Assembly (NCBI GenBank): GCA_015523565.1
Contig: WAKA01000169.1
Span: forward strand, 1 to 19,068
Source: Candidatus Heimdallarchaeota archaeon
GTDB lineage: Archaea > Asgardarchaeota > Heimdallarchaeia > Heimdallarchaeales > Kariarchaeaceae
Direction of reading: 5' to 3'
Length of the DNA stretch: 19,068 nucleotides
Positions within the stretch are counted from its first letter, which is position 1; each line of letters starts with the position of its first letter. The notes under the pieces were generated by a model. It saw nothing but the letters and a program-made list of their open reading frames with translations. It did not search any database and was not told the DNA's origin. Below, one piece after another: positions 1 to 9,816 of this stretch. A program made the position numbers and the translations under genes.

Positions 1-922
1 GGAAAGCATTCGCGGCTTCTGGATTGGCAGGATTCTTTGCAAGGGCAATAGGGTCACCATTGACAATTGACGCATTTTCTGGAACAATATATTCCGTATC
101 TGGGTTCTCAGACATGGCGATTAACCCATAAAAATCAATGGTCATTGCCGCGGCAACTTCACCATCGATAACAGAGGCACGGGTTTCAACAGATCCACCA
201 TAGATTTTTCCGTTTCCAGCCATTTGGTACAAGATTTCCCAGCCATGTTCCCAACCGTATCTTTGGAGAATAATTTGATAGATACGAGTATTGCTCGTTG
301 TGTCTGGTGCATTACCCATTCCAACATTGGGTTGTGCCACACTTGTAAAGAAATCGGGACTTGCCAAATCTTCCCATGTTTTAGGCTTTGTCAAATTTCT
401 CTCTGCAAGAACCTTATTGTTGACAGTGAAACCAAATGAGGAAATTGCGTTTGCTGCCCAAAGAAGTTCACCAGTTGTGTCATTGAACTTTTTCATGTCA
501 GCTCCCGCAATTTGGTCTGGAACTGCCTCATTGATAACAGCAAGAGTATCTGCATCAGTGATTGGAGAGATGGCACCCTCTTCGATCAGGGAATTGAACA
601 AAGTAGGACCACCACCCCAACCAATACTTACACCAAAGTCTGGATTTGTCATTGAACGATAAAATGCGTCAAAGGTAGTGGGGGTAAGAAAGCTTATCTG
701 CGATGAACTAGTGATACCCACTGCCTGACCATAGGATGATTTGGCAAACTCCTCTGCGAATGTGGAGTAAATGACACTATCATGCCTTGTGGCAATGACA
801 AGCGTCGTAGCTTTCACAGAAGGGGTTGAAATTGGGATTTTGTCTGCCACAACAGAAACACTGCTGAATGGCAATAACAAAACCAAAAACAGAGACATTA
901 GAGTTATTGCTAATCTACTCAT
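1..922 (-). CDS. ABC transporter substrate-binding protein (family 1, Fe3+/AfuA-like), 3' end runs off the window
   Basis: Missing from the ORF track because it is truncated. ATG at 922, frame open to base 2. Translation MSRLAITLMSLFLVLLLPFSSVSVVA (signal peptide)...IGWGGGPTLF...SSFGFTVNNKVL...KPKTWEDLASP...TTSNTRIYQIILQRYGWEHGW...IDFYG...IVNGDPIALAKNPANPEAANAF, typical of archaeal class II periplasmic binding proteins. Confidence 0.88.
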   Translation of the reverse strand, partial: MSRLAITLMSLFLVLLLPFSSVSVVADKIPISTPSVKATTLVIATRHDSVIYSTFAEEFAKSSYGQAVGITSSSQISFLTPTTFDAFYRSMTNPDFGVSIGWGGGPTLFNSLIEEGAISPITDADTLAVINEAVPDQIAGADMKKFNDTTGELLWAANAISSFGFTVNNKVLAERNLTKPKTWEDLASPDFFTSVAQPNVGMGNAPDTTSNTRIYQIILQRYGWEHGWEILYQMAGNGKIYGGSVETRASVIDGEVAAAMTIDFYGLIAMSENPDTEYIVPENASIVNGDPIALAKNPANPEAANAF

Positions 923-979
923 TAGGCTAAGCTAAAAAGTAAATGATTAAAATATTATGATTTTCTCTTGATCTTCTTT

Positions 980-2146
980 TTAATCAATTTTTTTTATTTT
1001 TTGCGTAAATATAATTCCTCTCTTTTTCAATTGGGATAGAAACTCAGCCTTCGGTACTGCAATCTCACCAGGAACAACCCCACGAGCCGTAATCACCTCA
1101 CGATTGATCATTTGACCAATAATGCTTATAGGGAATGCAGTTGTGCGAGCCATTGCACTATAGCCATTTTCGGAATCCATAAGATCAATCAGTTCCAACT
1201 CCTTTTTAATACGAACACCATCCTGTTTTCCAACCACAGTAATTCGTACCAATACTGCATCAGGTTCACCGTGTGGCAAATGCTTGGATAGGAGGAACTC
1301 AGTCATTTTTCGAGGGGAGACCGAACCTACAGGATCATCACCTAGAAAACCAAATTCCTTCAAGAATTGAAAAAACTGGACATGACCCTTGAAACGAATG
1401 GTTTTGTAATCCAACTCTTGAATTCTTCCTTCATACAAATCAGGAAGGGAAGAGGTTCCACCTGCTGTTTGAAAGGCTTCAAGTTCTCCCCATGGTTCTG
1501 GAAACACCAATGTTTCTACTTCGGTAAGCGATTCTACAACTTGCTTCTTCCCGTTCCTGATAACAATTGCATCTTCCAGATATTCATTTGTAAGACCTCG
1601 AATAGAAAAGACCTGCTGATATTTCAAAATCGTTTTGGGATATTGGGGCAGTCCCCCAACCCGAATTTTACATTTTTCCAAAACAGAAAATTCCTCCATA
1701 ATACCTGCTGCAATAACGTTTACCATACCTGGAGCCAATCCACAATCAGGGATAACAGTCACACCATTTGATTGGGCTTTTCCGTTCATTTTTTTTTGAG
1801 AAATGACGATCTCAGGATTTCCGCCAAGATCTAGAAAATGCACTTTCGAATCAATACATGCACGCGTAAGTTTTGGGTTGAAAGAGTAATCGATTGCACC
1901 GAAGGCAACCGATATATCATTCGAGATTAAGAGCTCCATTAAATCTTCATGGGAAAGTTTAGAGACATCCACCTGGATTGTTCTGAATCGATTTGGAAAC
2001 CAAGCATTCAGTTTTTTAAAAATTGATTCAGATCGAACCACATCTTTTTCAAAACCAATTACTTCCATATCATGATCGAATTTCAAAAGGTCATAGCAGA
2101 TAGCCTCACCCATCAACCCTAGACCAAAAACACCATATCTACCCAT
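980..2146 (-). CDS. Saccharopine dehydrogenase / lysine 6-dehydrogenase family NAD(P)-dependent oxidoreductase
   Basis: N-terminal Rossmann motif GLGLMG; family motifs FLDLGG, IPDCGLAPGM, GLTNEY, YKTIRFKGH, SAMARTTAFP; 388 aa. Confidence 0.88.
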   Translation of the reverse strand: MGRYGVFGLGLMGEAICYDLLKFDHDMEVIGFEKDVVRSESIFKKLNAWFPNRFRTIQVDVSKLSHEDLMELLISNDISVAFGAIDYSFNPKLTRACIDSKVHFLDLGGNPEIVISQKKMNGKAQSNGVTVIPDCGLAPGMVNVIAAGIMEEFSVLEKCKIRVGGLPQYPKTILKYQQVFSIRGLTNEYLEDAIVIRNGKKQVVESLTEVETLVFPEPWGELEAFQTAGGTSSLPDLYEGRIQELDYKTIRFKGHVQFFQFLKEFGFLGDDPVGSVSPRKMTEFLLSKHLPHGEPDAVLVRITVVGKQDGVRIKKELELIDLMDSENGYSAMARTTAFPISIIGQMINREVITARGVVPGEIAVPKAEFLSQLKKRGIIFTQKIKKID

Positions 2147-2221
2147 ATAAGAACATAAAAATTAGCATGATATTAAAGGAATGTGAAATTTCCTATTGAA
2201 TAAATTATTGTAACAGTCAAA

Positions 2222-2812
2222 TTAGTGATGGAGAGAGGAAACATGACCAGATAATTCAGGAGTAATGTCTGTTGAGCTGAGAAGACGGAGTTCTGCAAGA
2301 ATCCCATCATTTTTGATTTGTTTGAGTGCTACAGTCTTTACAAGAAAAGAAGGATCACGCAGGACAATTTCTTTTAGAAAATTTTCATCATCAATATTCT
2401 CGACAGCACGTTTGCGGACAACATCATCATTGGAGGTAAGAGCCAAATGCTTAAGAATTGTCTGATTTTTTATTCTGCCTGCAACAGCTCGTTGGATACG
2501 GATATCATGGGCATAAACAAAAGATTCCAAAAAAGAAGAATCAGTGATCTTTTCAAGGATCATGGCAAGAAGAGTTTGGTCATCAACTTGTTTGGCGAGT
2601 TTTTTCAGATAAAGCTGTTCCTTTAGACGTTCTGTAGCAATTAGTTTAATCAAATCATCATTGGATTCCTTGACAAGACGATAAAGATAATATTGATTGT
2701 TGATTTTGTAAGCGGCACTTTCCCGTATGTAATCTTTTTTGTCATTGAGGGCAATATCGAATAGTTCCTCATCATTTGTAATATGATCTACACGAGTCCC
2801 TAATTTCATCAA
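2222..2812 (-). CDS. Alpha-solenoid (HEAT/LRV-like) repeat protein with about six 25-26 aa repeats
   Basis: Repeats such as LFDIALNDKKDYIRESAAYKINNQYY, LKHLALTSNDDVVRKRAVENIDDENF, LKEIVLRDPSFLVKTVALKQIKNDGI. SD-like AAGGAG just upstream. Start is either TTG 2812 or ATG 2809. Confidence 0.75.
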   Translation of the reverse strand: MMKLGTRVDHITNDEELFDIALNDKKDYIRESAAYKINNQYYLYRLVKESNDDLIKLIATERLKEQLYLKKLAKQVDDQTLLAMILEKITDSSFLESFVYAHDIRIQRAVAGRIKNQTILKHLALTSNDDVVRKRAVENIDDENFLKEIVLRDPSFLVKTVALKQIKNDGILAELRLLSSTDITPELSGHVSSLHH

Positions 2813-2883
2813 GAAAATCTCCTTCGAAAATAATAAGATCAGATAAATTTATATTTTTTGATGAGGGTTCCGCAAAATAAATT

Positions 2884-4773
2884 TTACCATTTCTTTCGTT
2901 TCCAATAAACCATTATGAACAAGCCAATGAGCCATGGCAGAAGAAACAGCGATGCACTTTTTGAAGATGAAGCCTGAGTGCCTGTTGTTGGAGTTGATGT
3001 AGGGGAAGTCAAAGTGCTTGTACTTATCAAATTGGTTGAGGTGGTTGGAGTCAGAGAGGGCATTGTTGGAGATGAGGTATTTGTAGTGGAATTTGAAGGG
3101 GTTAAGGACGAGGAGGTGGCAGTAGATGGAGAAGGTCTGACACCAACATCCACAGGTCCAAATTTTCCACTTATAGGAGTTAACGAGACATTTGCCTGTA
3201 CAGGAGCATTGGTCACGTTAAAGTATACAGAATACCCTTGAGACCCAGAACCCACATATAATCTTACATTTGATCCATCCGAATAGGGGATGTTAAGTTG
3301 ATATTCTGAAATGGAGGTATTTAATGGAACGCTGGCAACTGGAACCCATCCAAGAGATGTCTGGTTTTCGAATTCCAATGAAGCATTCAGCCCGTCTACA
3401 TCAACGTTCACGGAGAAATTGACTGAAAGATGAGTTCCATTGGAAAGGGCAAGAACATTACCCATTGAAAATTCGGGAGGGACAACACCCTGCAATGCAA
3501 TAGATGCAAGATAATCAATTTGTGGCTGAACACCAAAAACAGTCGTATCATAAATGTCATTTGCATCAGGATTAAAATAATTCCAAATGCCACCATATCG
3601 ATCAATGCCTCGAACCCTTCTCAAAAAGCGATAGGACGAAGGATTGCCATAAGTCTCTATTGTGAATGCCAAAGAGTCCAAAGCACCATACATCCAATCG
3701 CCCCATTCCCCATTTACACCATAACCGCCAATTTCATCCCATGTTGGAAATCCAGAAATTTGTTTAAGAGTATTGGCAATTGTAACAAATGTGTCCTCAT
3801 CAGGAGGGGGAAGGGAAGTGTATCCCCAAGGATAAATTATTGCCTGAATACCTGAATGCAATGAAAGAGAGGAAAAGAAATGATGTTCCTGCGCAAATGA
3901 AGCCCAAGCTTGTGTTTCAGGTTCAGACAGGGGACCTGATCCCCGATATGTTTCATCACGTGGATTTGTGGAAGAACCGGAACCATAGAACTCATATGGA
4001 TAATTTCTATTGAGATCAACCCCACCAGGATTATCTTCCCCATGAGTTGTATCGTTATCAGAACCGTCAGCGGATTCATAGATATCCAGACCAAGATCAG
4101 GGTCAAAATATTCCTCAACATAAAAATCACCATTTAAATCCCGGATTTCAGATTCATCAACCACAGAACCATCACCATCCTCATCGATTGGATGCATGTT
4201 CTTTCTTTGCCATGGATTGATATAGAGGTAATCAACACCATCAGGATTAAACATTGGAACAATGTATATTTCTGCTTGTGTCAATAATGCCATTGTCCAA
4301 GAATCATTGTTGAGATAATTGTATAGAAGCCGATCCATGAAAAAAAGCGTGTCAACAACCGTTATGGCTTCACGTGCATGATGAGCCCCGACGATGGTAA
4401 ATTCGTATTTTGCATAGATTGATGAATTGACAGGAGCAGTAATTTTAACCCCTGCAATATCTTTCCCCAAATAACTCTTACCGATGGTGAAATATTGCAC
4501 TAAATCTGGGAAAAAGCTGGCGGCCGCCTTGAGTTTGTTTATTGTTTCTGTACTGTTATAATAAGGTCCCAAAGAACTGCCCCAATATACTGAATCATCA
4601 CCAGAGATAGATCCAGGAAGAGAAGGATCCAATAGCTCGTCCCAAATCCAAGTATAATTGGAGGAATTCATGACTTTCAAAGACAAAGTCGAAGAGAGTG
4701 GTTCATTTGAGACAGGAATTAGCATGGAACCAATTAAAATCGCTAAAATAATGTTCGTTGCAAATTTCTGCAT
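2884..4773 (-). CDS. Secreted, C-terminally membrane-anchored M14 zinc carboxypeptidase
   Basis: N-terminal signal peptide; HHARE (HxxE zinc ligands), NPDG, GVDLNRNY, SEPET, SLHSG, FTIETY (catalytic Glu); Ser/Thr/Pro-rich linker; C-terminal hydrophobic helix followed by KRKK. Confidence 0.92.
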   Translation of the reverse strand: MQKFATNIILAILIGSMLIPVSNEPLSSTLSLKVMNSSNYTWIWDELLDPSLPGSISGDDSVYWGSSLGPYYNSTETINKLKAAASFFPDLVQYFTIGKSYLGKDIAGVKITAPVNSSIYAKYEFTIVGAHHAREAITVVDTLFFMDRLLYNYLNNDSWTMALLTQAEIYIVPMFNPDGVDYLYINPWQRKNMHPIDEDGDGSVVDESEIRDLNGDFYVEEYFDPDLGLDIYESADGSDNDTTHGEDNPGGVDLNRNYPYEFYGSGSSTNPRDETYRGSGPLSEPETQAWASFAQEHHFFSSLSLHSGIQAIIYPWGYTSLPPPDEDTFVTIANTLKQISGFPTWDEIGGYGVNGEWGDWMYGALDSLAFTIETYGNPSSYRFLRRVRGIDRYGGIWNYFNPDANDIYDTTVFGVQPQIDYLASIALQGVVPPEFSMGNVLALSNGTHLSVNFSVNVDVDGLNASLEFENQTSLGWVPVASVPLNTSISEYQLNIPYSDGSNVRLYVGSGSQGYSVYFNVTNAPVQANVSLTPISGKFGPVDVGVRPSPSTATSSSLTPSNSTTNTSSPTMPSLTPTTSTNLISTSTLTSPTSTPTTGTQASSSKSASLFLLPWLIGLFIMVYWKRKKW

Positions 4774-4819
4774 GATATGTCAAAATTTCACTAAGGTGTT
4801 ATAAAATGATCTATTGAAG

Positions 4820-5557
4820 TCAATTCATTTTCAAAACAGATAATTTTTTCGATATGCTTTGTGCAAGAGGGAAATTATTTGTGTAAATGCCGTCAACCCC
4901 CTCTGCAAGCAATCTTTTTATGAAAGGGCGTTTGTTAACGGTCCAAGGATATACCTCCAATCCGTGGGATTGAATCTTGCGGATTGATTTTGGGTTCAAT
5001 ATCCAATATAAGGGAGAAATTGCAACTGCACCATATTTTTTGGCTATTGAAACATTGTCTTTTAAGGGATTTATATAATGAAACCCAGCAGGGAATCCAT
5101 ATTTTTGAAGAAGCTTAAGAATGTGCTGCTTATAAGAGAGTATTAGAAAATTTCGATCTTCAGGCAATAGATCCTTCAAATTTTTGAGAACAATATCAGG
5201 GAACGGGGAAGGCTTAATTTCAATGAACAATTTTATTGTGTCAGGAATCTCCTTCAAAACAGTTTCCAACAAAGGAGCCCTTGTGTTCGAATAAAATTCA
5301 CGGAATTCACCAAGAGTGGCTTTGGAAATTCGTTTGAAAAACTTTCCATTCCAGAAGACAGGATCATGGAAAACCACCAATTGTCTATCTGCTGTCATAC
5401 GGATATCAAATTCAATTGCCTTGGCACCCAAGTCCACTGCAAGCTTAAATGCATCAAGACTGTTTTGGGTTAGAGGAGGAGGAGCATAACCACGATGAGC
5501 CACAATCAGGGAAGACAAAAGCATTATTGCCCAATTATACAATCGCAATAAAAGCAT
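4820..5557 (-). CDS. Glycerophosphodiester phosphodiesterase (GDPD/UgpQ family)
   Basis: IVAHRG, QNSLDAF, IEFDIRMTADRQLVVFHD, IEIK, WTVN, GVDGIYTN. True start may be the internal ATG at 5524. Confidence 0.92.
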   Translation of the reverse strand: MLLLRLYNWAIMLLSSLIVAHRGYAPPPLTQNSLDAFKLAVDLGAKAIEFDIRMTADRQLVVFHDPVFWNGKFFKRISKATLGEFREFYSNTRAPLLETVLKEIPDTIKLFIEIKPSPFPDIVLKNLKDLLPEDRNFLILSYKQHILKLLQKYGFPAGFHYINPLKDNVSIAKKYGAVAISPLYWILNPKSIRKIQSHGLEVYPWTVNKRPFIKRLLAEGVDGIYTNNFPLAQSISKKLSVLKMN

Positions 5558-5573
5558 ATTAGAAATAGTCGGA

Positions 5574-6284
5574 TTAAATAAGCAAAGACCAAAGCGTTAA
5601 TTGGACACCCAAAGGAATAAGCAAATTATCCAAAACTTTTATGGAAATGGCTTCTGCGACCATGGCATAGACAGATGCAACCAATATTGGAAAGAAAAAG
5701 AAGAAATGGAAACCATGCGGAATAAAGAAAGAAAGGACACCACTCAAAAATGTCATGAAAAACACAGTTAAACTTCCTTCAATGCTTTTCTCACCAATTA
5801 TCTTGTATTTGTACCGTCCAAATCTCCTGCCCACAAGCTCTGCCAGTCCATCACCCCAAGCCAAGGAGAAAATGGCAGTCAAGAAAATTGAAGGGTAATA
5901 TTCGCTGTAGAACCTGTCATAGAAATATAACCCAAACAAAACAATTGTGGTCATTGTAAGATTCCCAACAGTCTCAAGCCAATGCTCACCTTCGCGGGAA
6001 GTGGCACGAGCCATCCATTCAACAAATTTTAAGCGGCTGAAATGAAGGATGACTGTAATTGAGAGTGTAACTACCAGAATACTGAAAATTGCAGAAATAG
6101 ATGGAAAGAGAATAACATATATTGCAATGTTGGTCATGCCTAAGATATGTATAACCTTACGAGGAATCCAAGGAGGAGCCCCTTTTTTTGCAAGATATGC
6201 AGCTAAGGCGAAAATGGAGTAAGGAACAATTCCCAAAAAAATGTAAAAAATGTAGAGAATTACAGTCGATACAAAGGATACCAT
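5574..6284 (-). CDS. CTP-dependent polyprenol kinase-like membrane protein (dolichol/phytol/diacylglycerol kinase family)
   Basis: Multi-pass hydrophobic protein with RKVIH, WGDGLAELVGRRFG, KSIEGS and DNLLIP motifs of the SEC59/VTE5/DGK1 family. Confidence 0.88.
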   Translation of the reverse strand: MVSFVSTVILYIFYIFLGIVPYSIFALAAYLAKKGAPPWIPRKVIHILGMTNIAIYVILFPSISAIFSILVVTLSITVILHFSRLKFVEWMARATSREGEHWLETVGNLTMTTIVLFGLYFYDRFYSEYYPSIFLTAIFSLAWGDGLAELVGRRFGRYKYKIIGEKSIEGSLTVFFMTFLSGVLSFFIPHGFHFFFFFPILVASVYAMVAEAISIKVLDNLLIPLGVQLTLWSLLI

Positions 6285-6339
6285 TTATAATTAACAAAGG
6301 ATTTGATTTCTTTTTTAAATATTGTCTATTTTATTAATA

Positions 6340-8718
6340 TTATACACCATAAGGAACCCAAACATTCTTTATTTGAGTACCTTCACGCAAAAACTCCATT
6401 CCTTGACCCTCATCATTTGAAAGCCAATCGCGGAGAGAATAGTCAACAAATGTGCGTTTCAGGTTTCCAATTGAATTTCGTTCGACCAGCTCATTTAGAT
6501 CTGGATTTCCAAAATACCAAATTCCATCCACATTCAGGTGTTTTGAGAGAACATCAGTCAGTTCTGCAACAGAACCTGTAACAATGTTGACAACACCACC
6601 AGGGACATCAGAAGTGTCTAAAATTTGGTAAAAATCAGTGGCAAGTAATCCGTATTTTTCGGAGGGGATGACGACAACGGTATTGCCCATAGATATAGCA
6701 GGGATTACCGTTGAGATCAGACCCAAAAGGGGAAAAACATCAGGGCAGACAATCCCCATTATGCCCAATGGCTCTGGCATTGCAATTGTCACATTCCTAA
6801 TCGGAGTGTGATGAACCATCCCATCATATTTGTCTGCATAGGCGGCATAGTAGAAGATTCGTTCAATGCTCTTTTCAAATTCATGTTCTGCATATTCTTT
6901 GGAGCATCCAGTCAATTGGATAATTCGCGATATGAATTCAGCACGACGGACTTCAAGATTTTCTGCCAAATAATAGAGAACCTGTGCCCGATTGTGGGCA
7001 GTCCGTGTTGCCCAACCCCTTGCCTTGTCTGCGGCTTCAACTGCGTTACGAATGTCTTTTCTATTACCTTTGCCAACCTCACCAATTAGAGCACCAGTAA
7101 AATCATGAACAGGAATGCTATACCCACTATCAGGACGGACTTGTTTGCCACCAATGTAAAGTTTGGGGGTTCGGTCTATAGATAGAGAGGGAGAAACATA
7201 TTCATCAGGAGACATGCTAGGCATTTTACGTTTTTTCTTTTTCTTGGAATGCTTCCATTTAGGAATCACATATTCCCACAAGCCCTCCAATCCACCCTCT
7301 CGGCCGTAACCTGATTCCCGATAACCACCAAAGCCTGATGCGGCATCAAAAAGATTGGTTGAATTGATCCAAACCGTACCAGCTTTGATTTGGGGAGCTA
7401 CATGAAGAGCCAAGTTTAGATTTTCCGTCCATATTGTAGCCGCAAGCCCATAAACGGTGTTGTTTGCCAATTCAATGGCTTCCTGAGGTGTCCTAAAAGT
7501 CATCGACACAAGAACAGGTCCAAAAATCTCCTCCTGTGCAATTGTTGCAGATGTTGGAACATCAGTGAATAGGGTGGGAGGATAATAGCATCCATCATTT
7601 GTGGGCATTTCAAGATCGGGTTGCCATATCTTACCCTCCGACTTTCCGATCTCGATATACTTCATTATTCGTTGGAGCTGAACAGGGGCAACAATTGCCC
7701 CAATATCCGTTGATTTGTCCAAAGGATCCCCCACACGGAGTTTTGCCATCCTCCTTTTTAATTTTTCAAGGAATTGATCTGCGATGCTTTCTTGCACAAG
7801 TAGACGTGAACCAGCACAGCAAACCTGACCTTGATTAAACCATATCCCATCCACAAGTCCTTCAATGGCACTGTCAAGGTCTGCATCATCAAAAACAATG
7901 AACGGGGATTTTCCGCCCAACTCCAATGAGATTTTCTTCCCACTGCCTGCTGTTGCGTTCCTAATGATACGACCAACTTCTGTCGAACCTGTAAAGGCAA
8001 TTTTTTGTATTTCAGGATGAATGACCAATGCAGAACCAGTAGTGCCATCCCCTGTGACTATGTTCAATACACCTTTCGGGAGACCAATACTTTGACAAAT
8101 TTCGGCAAATAGCAATGCCGTCAATGAAGTAAATTCTGCAGGCTTTAAAACAACAGTATTACCCATTGCCAAGGCAGGAGCAACTTTCCAAGCAAGCATC
8201 AACAAAGGAAAATTCCACGGAATTATTTGTCCGACAACACCAACTGGCTCATAATCCGTAAGTTCAGTATCCATCAGTTGAGCCCATCCTGCATGATAAT
8301 AGAAGTGTCGGGCAACTAACGGGATGTCGATGTCCCTCGTTTCTCGGATTGGTTTGCCGTTATCTAGAGATTCGAGAACTGCAAACAGTCGGGAGTGCTT
8401 CTGGATTTTTCTTGCAATAGCATAAAGATATTTGGCACGTTCATGCCCAGAAAGTTTTTTCCAATTAGGAAATGCAGCCTTGGCAGATTTTACTGCCCTG
8501 TCAACATCCCTTGAAGAGGCCTGCGTTATTTGTGCAAGAACCTCTCCATTCCCAGGAGAGATTGTATCAAATTTTTCATGGGATTCTGAAGGAACCCATT
8601 CACCGTCTATGAAAAGATCAAAGCTCCTTTGATGTTTGTCAAGCCATTCAAATGCTTCTTTTGTACTTTCAGGGGCAGGACCATAACTCATTTTATCGAA
8701 AATCTCCTTTACATCCAT
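6340..8718 (-). CDS. ALDH16-family aldehyde dehydrogenase (full ALDH unit plus extra C-terminal Rossmann-like ALDH domain)
   Basis: 792 aa. IIPWNFP, LKPAE, FTGSTEVG, LELGGKSP (general-base Glu), GQVCCAGSR (catalytic Cys), EEIFGPV, FGGYRESG. A second ALDH-like segment starts at RTPKLYIGGKQVRPDSGYS and lacks the catalytic domain. SD-like GGTGTGA upstream. Confidence 0.92.
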   Translation of the reverse strand: MDVKEIFDKMSYGPAPESTKEAFEWLDKHQRSFDLFIDGEWVPSESHEKFDTISPGNGEVLAQITQASSRDVDRAVKSAKAAFPNWKKLSGHERAKYLYAIARKIQKHSRLFAVLESLDNGKPIRETRDIDIPLVARHFYYHAGWAQLMDTELTDYEPVGVVGQIIPWNFPLLMLAWKVAPALAMGNTVVLKPAEFTSLTALLFAEICQSIGLPKGVLNIVTGDGTTGSALVIHPEIQKIAFTGSTEVGRIIRNATAGSGKKISLELGGKSPFIVFDDADLDSAIEGLVDGIWFNQGQVCCAGSRLLVQESIADQFLEKLKRRMAKLRVGDPLDKSTDIGAIVAPVQLQRIMKYIEIGKSEGKIWQPDLEMPTNDGCYYPPTLFTDVPTSATIAQEEIFGPVLVSMTFRTPQEAIELANNTVYGLAATIWTENLNLALHVAPQIKAGTVWINSTNLFDAASGFGGYRESGYGREGGLEGLWEYVIPKWKHSKKKKKRKMPSMSPDEYVSPSLSIDRTPKLYIGGKQVRPDSGYSIPVHDFTGALIGEVGKGNRKDIRNAVEAADKARGWATRTAHNRAQVLYYLAENLEVRRAEFISRIIQLTGCSKEYAEHEFEKSIERIFYYAAYADKYDGMVHHTPIRNVTIAMPEPLGIMGIVCPDVFPLLGLISTVIPAISMGNTVVVIPSEKYGLLATDFYQILDTSDVPGGVVNIVTGSVAELTDVLSKHLNVDGIWYFGNPDLNELVERNSIGNLKRTFVDYSLRDWLSNDEGQGMEFLREGTQIKNVWVPYGV

Positions 8719-8730
8719 AATTCACACCAT

Positions 8731-9717
8731 CTATGCAATCGGATTTCTATATGCCGCAGAATACATTCCTGTAGCATGGTATTCAAGTTGGCGTTCAATG
8801 TCTCCAAGCAGACCACTCGCACCAAATCTAAAAAGCTGTGGAGAAAGCCAATCCTCACCCAACTCTTCTTTCATCAAGACCAACCACTGAAGTGCCTGCT
8901 TTGCACTTCGAATACCACCAGCTGGTTTAAAACCAACATGGTAACCAGTCCTATCATAAAACTCTCGGATCATGCGTATCATTACCAAACTGTTTTCCAA
9001 TGTGGCGTTAACTTTTTCCTTGCCTGTGGATGTCTTGATGAAATCTGCACCAGCCATCATGCAGACCAAACTTGCCTTCGCCACATTTGTCAATGTACCC
9101 AATTCCCCTACAGCAAGAATGGCTTTCATATGAGCCTCACCACATGCATCACGAAAAGCAGAAACCTCTGAATAAAGATCTTCCCATTTCCCTGTCAGAA
9201 CAAGTTCCCTGCTAATGACAATATCAATCTCTTTTGCACCTGCCTCAACAGACGCTTTTATCTGTGATATTTTCAAATCCAAAGGGATCTGAGCCGCAGG
9301 AAAACCAGTTGAAACCGCCGCAACAGGGATACCTGTGTTCTTGAGTTCATTGACAGCCGTCTGGATTTGGTTATGATAGACACAAACAGCGGCAACTGTA
9401 AGAGGAAAAGCAGTCAATCCAAATGTGTCCAATATATCCTTGCGGACTGGATTTTTTGCCTTTGAACAAAGTCTTTTCACTCTTCCCGGCGTATCATCCC
9501 CTGAAAGTGTGGTCAAATCAATCAAAGAAATTGCTTTCAAAAGCCATGCAACCTGCCATTCCTTTTTGACGCTTCTTCTTTTTACCAAACTTGAGACCCG
9601 TCGTTCAACTGCACTTTTGTTGACTTGAACTGAATTCACCCAATCCATGTAAAGGGGAGTTCCAGGATTTCTTTCTTCGGCATGAGACACATAACTTGAC
9701 GTTTTTGCCTTGGACAT
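8731..9717 (-). CDS. deoC: Deoxyribose-phosphate aldolase, long DERA-like type
   Basis: IDLTTLSGDDT, AAVCVY, VSTGFP, GAKEIDIV, GADFIKTSTGK (Schiff-base Lys), GFKPAGGI, FRFGASGLL; ~60-aa N-terminal extension. SD-like GGGGTGA upstream. Confidence 0.95.
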   Translation of the reverse strand: MSKAKTSSYVSHAEERNPGTPLYMDWVNSVQVNKSAVERRVSSLVKRRSVKKEWQVAWLLKAISLIDLTTLSGDDTPGRVKRLCSKAKNPVRKDILDTFGLTAFPLTVAAVCVYHNQIQTAVNELKNTGIPVAAVSTGFPAAQIPLDLKISQIKASVEAGAKEIDIVISRELVLTGKWEDLYSEVSAFRDACGEAHMKAILAVGELGTLTNVAKASLVCMMAGADFIKTSTGKEKVNATLENSLVMIRMIREFYDRTGYHVGFKPAGGIRSAKQALQWLVLMKEELGEDWLSPQLFRFGASGLLGDIERQLEYHATGMYSAAYRNPIA

Positions 9718-9816
9718 TTCTTTTCACCCCATTTCGAACGGACATACTAATAAGTATTGGGACTTTCCACATCAAATTGCCAAAACATAAATGCAGTATA
9801 ATTTAATCAGAACAAT

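Noticed and set aside
7225-7260. Lysine-rich KHSKKKKKRK in ALDH16 resembling a nuclear localisation signal
   Set aside because: It lies in the variable inter-domain linker of an AT-rich gene; there is no evidence for a targeting role.
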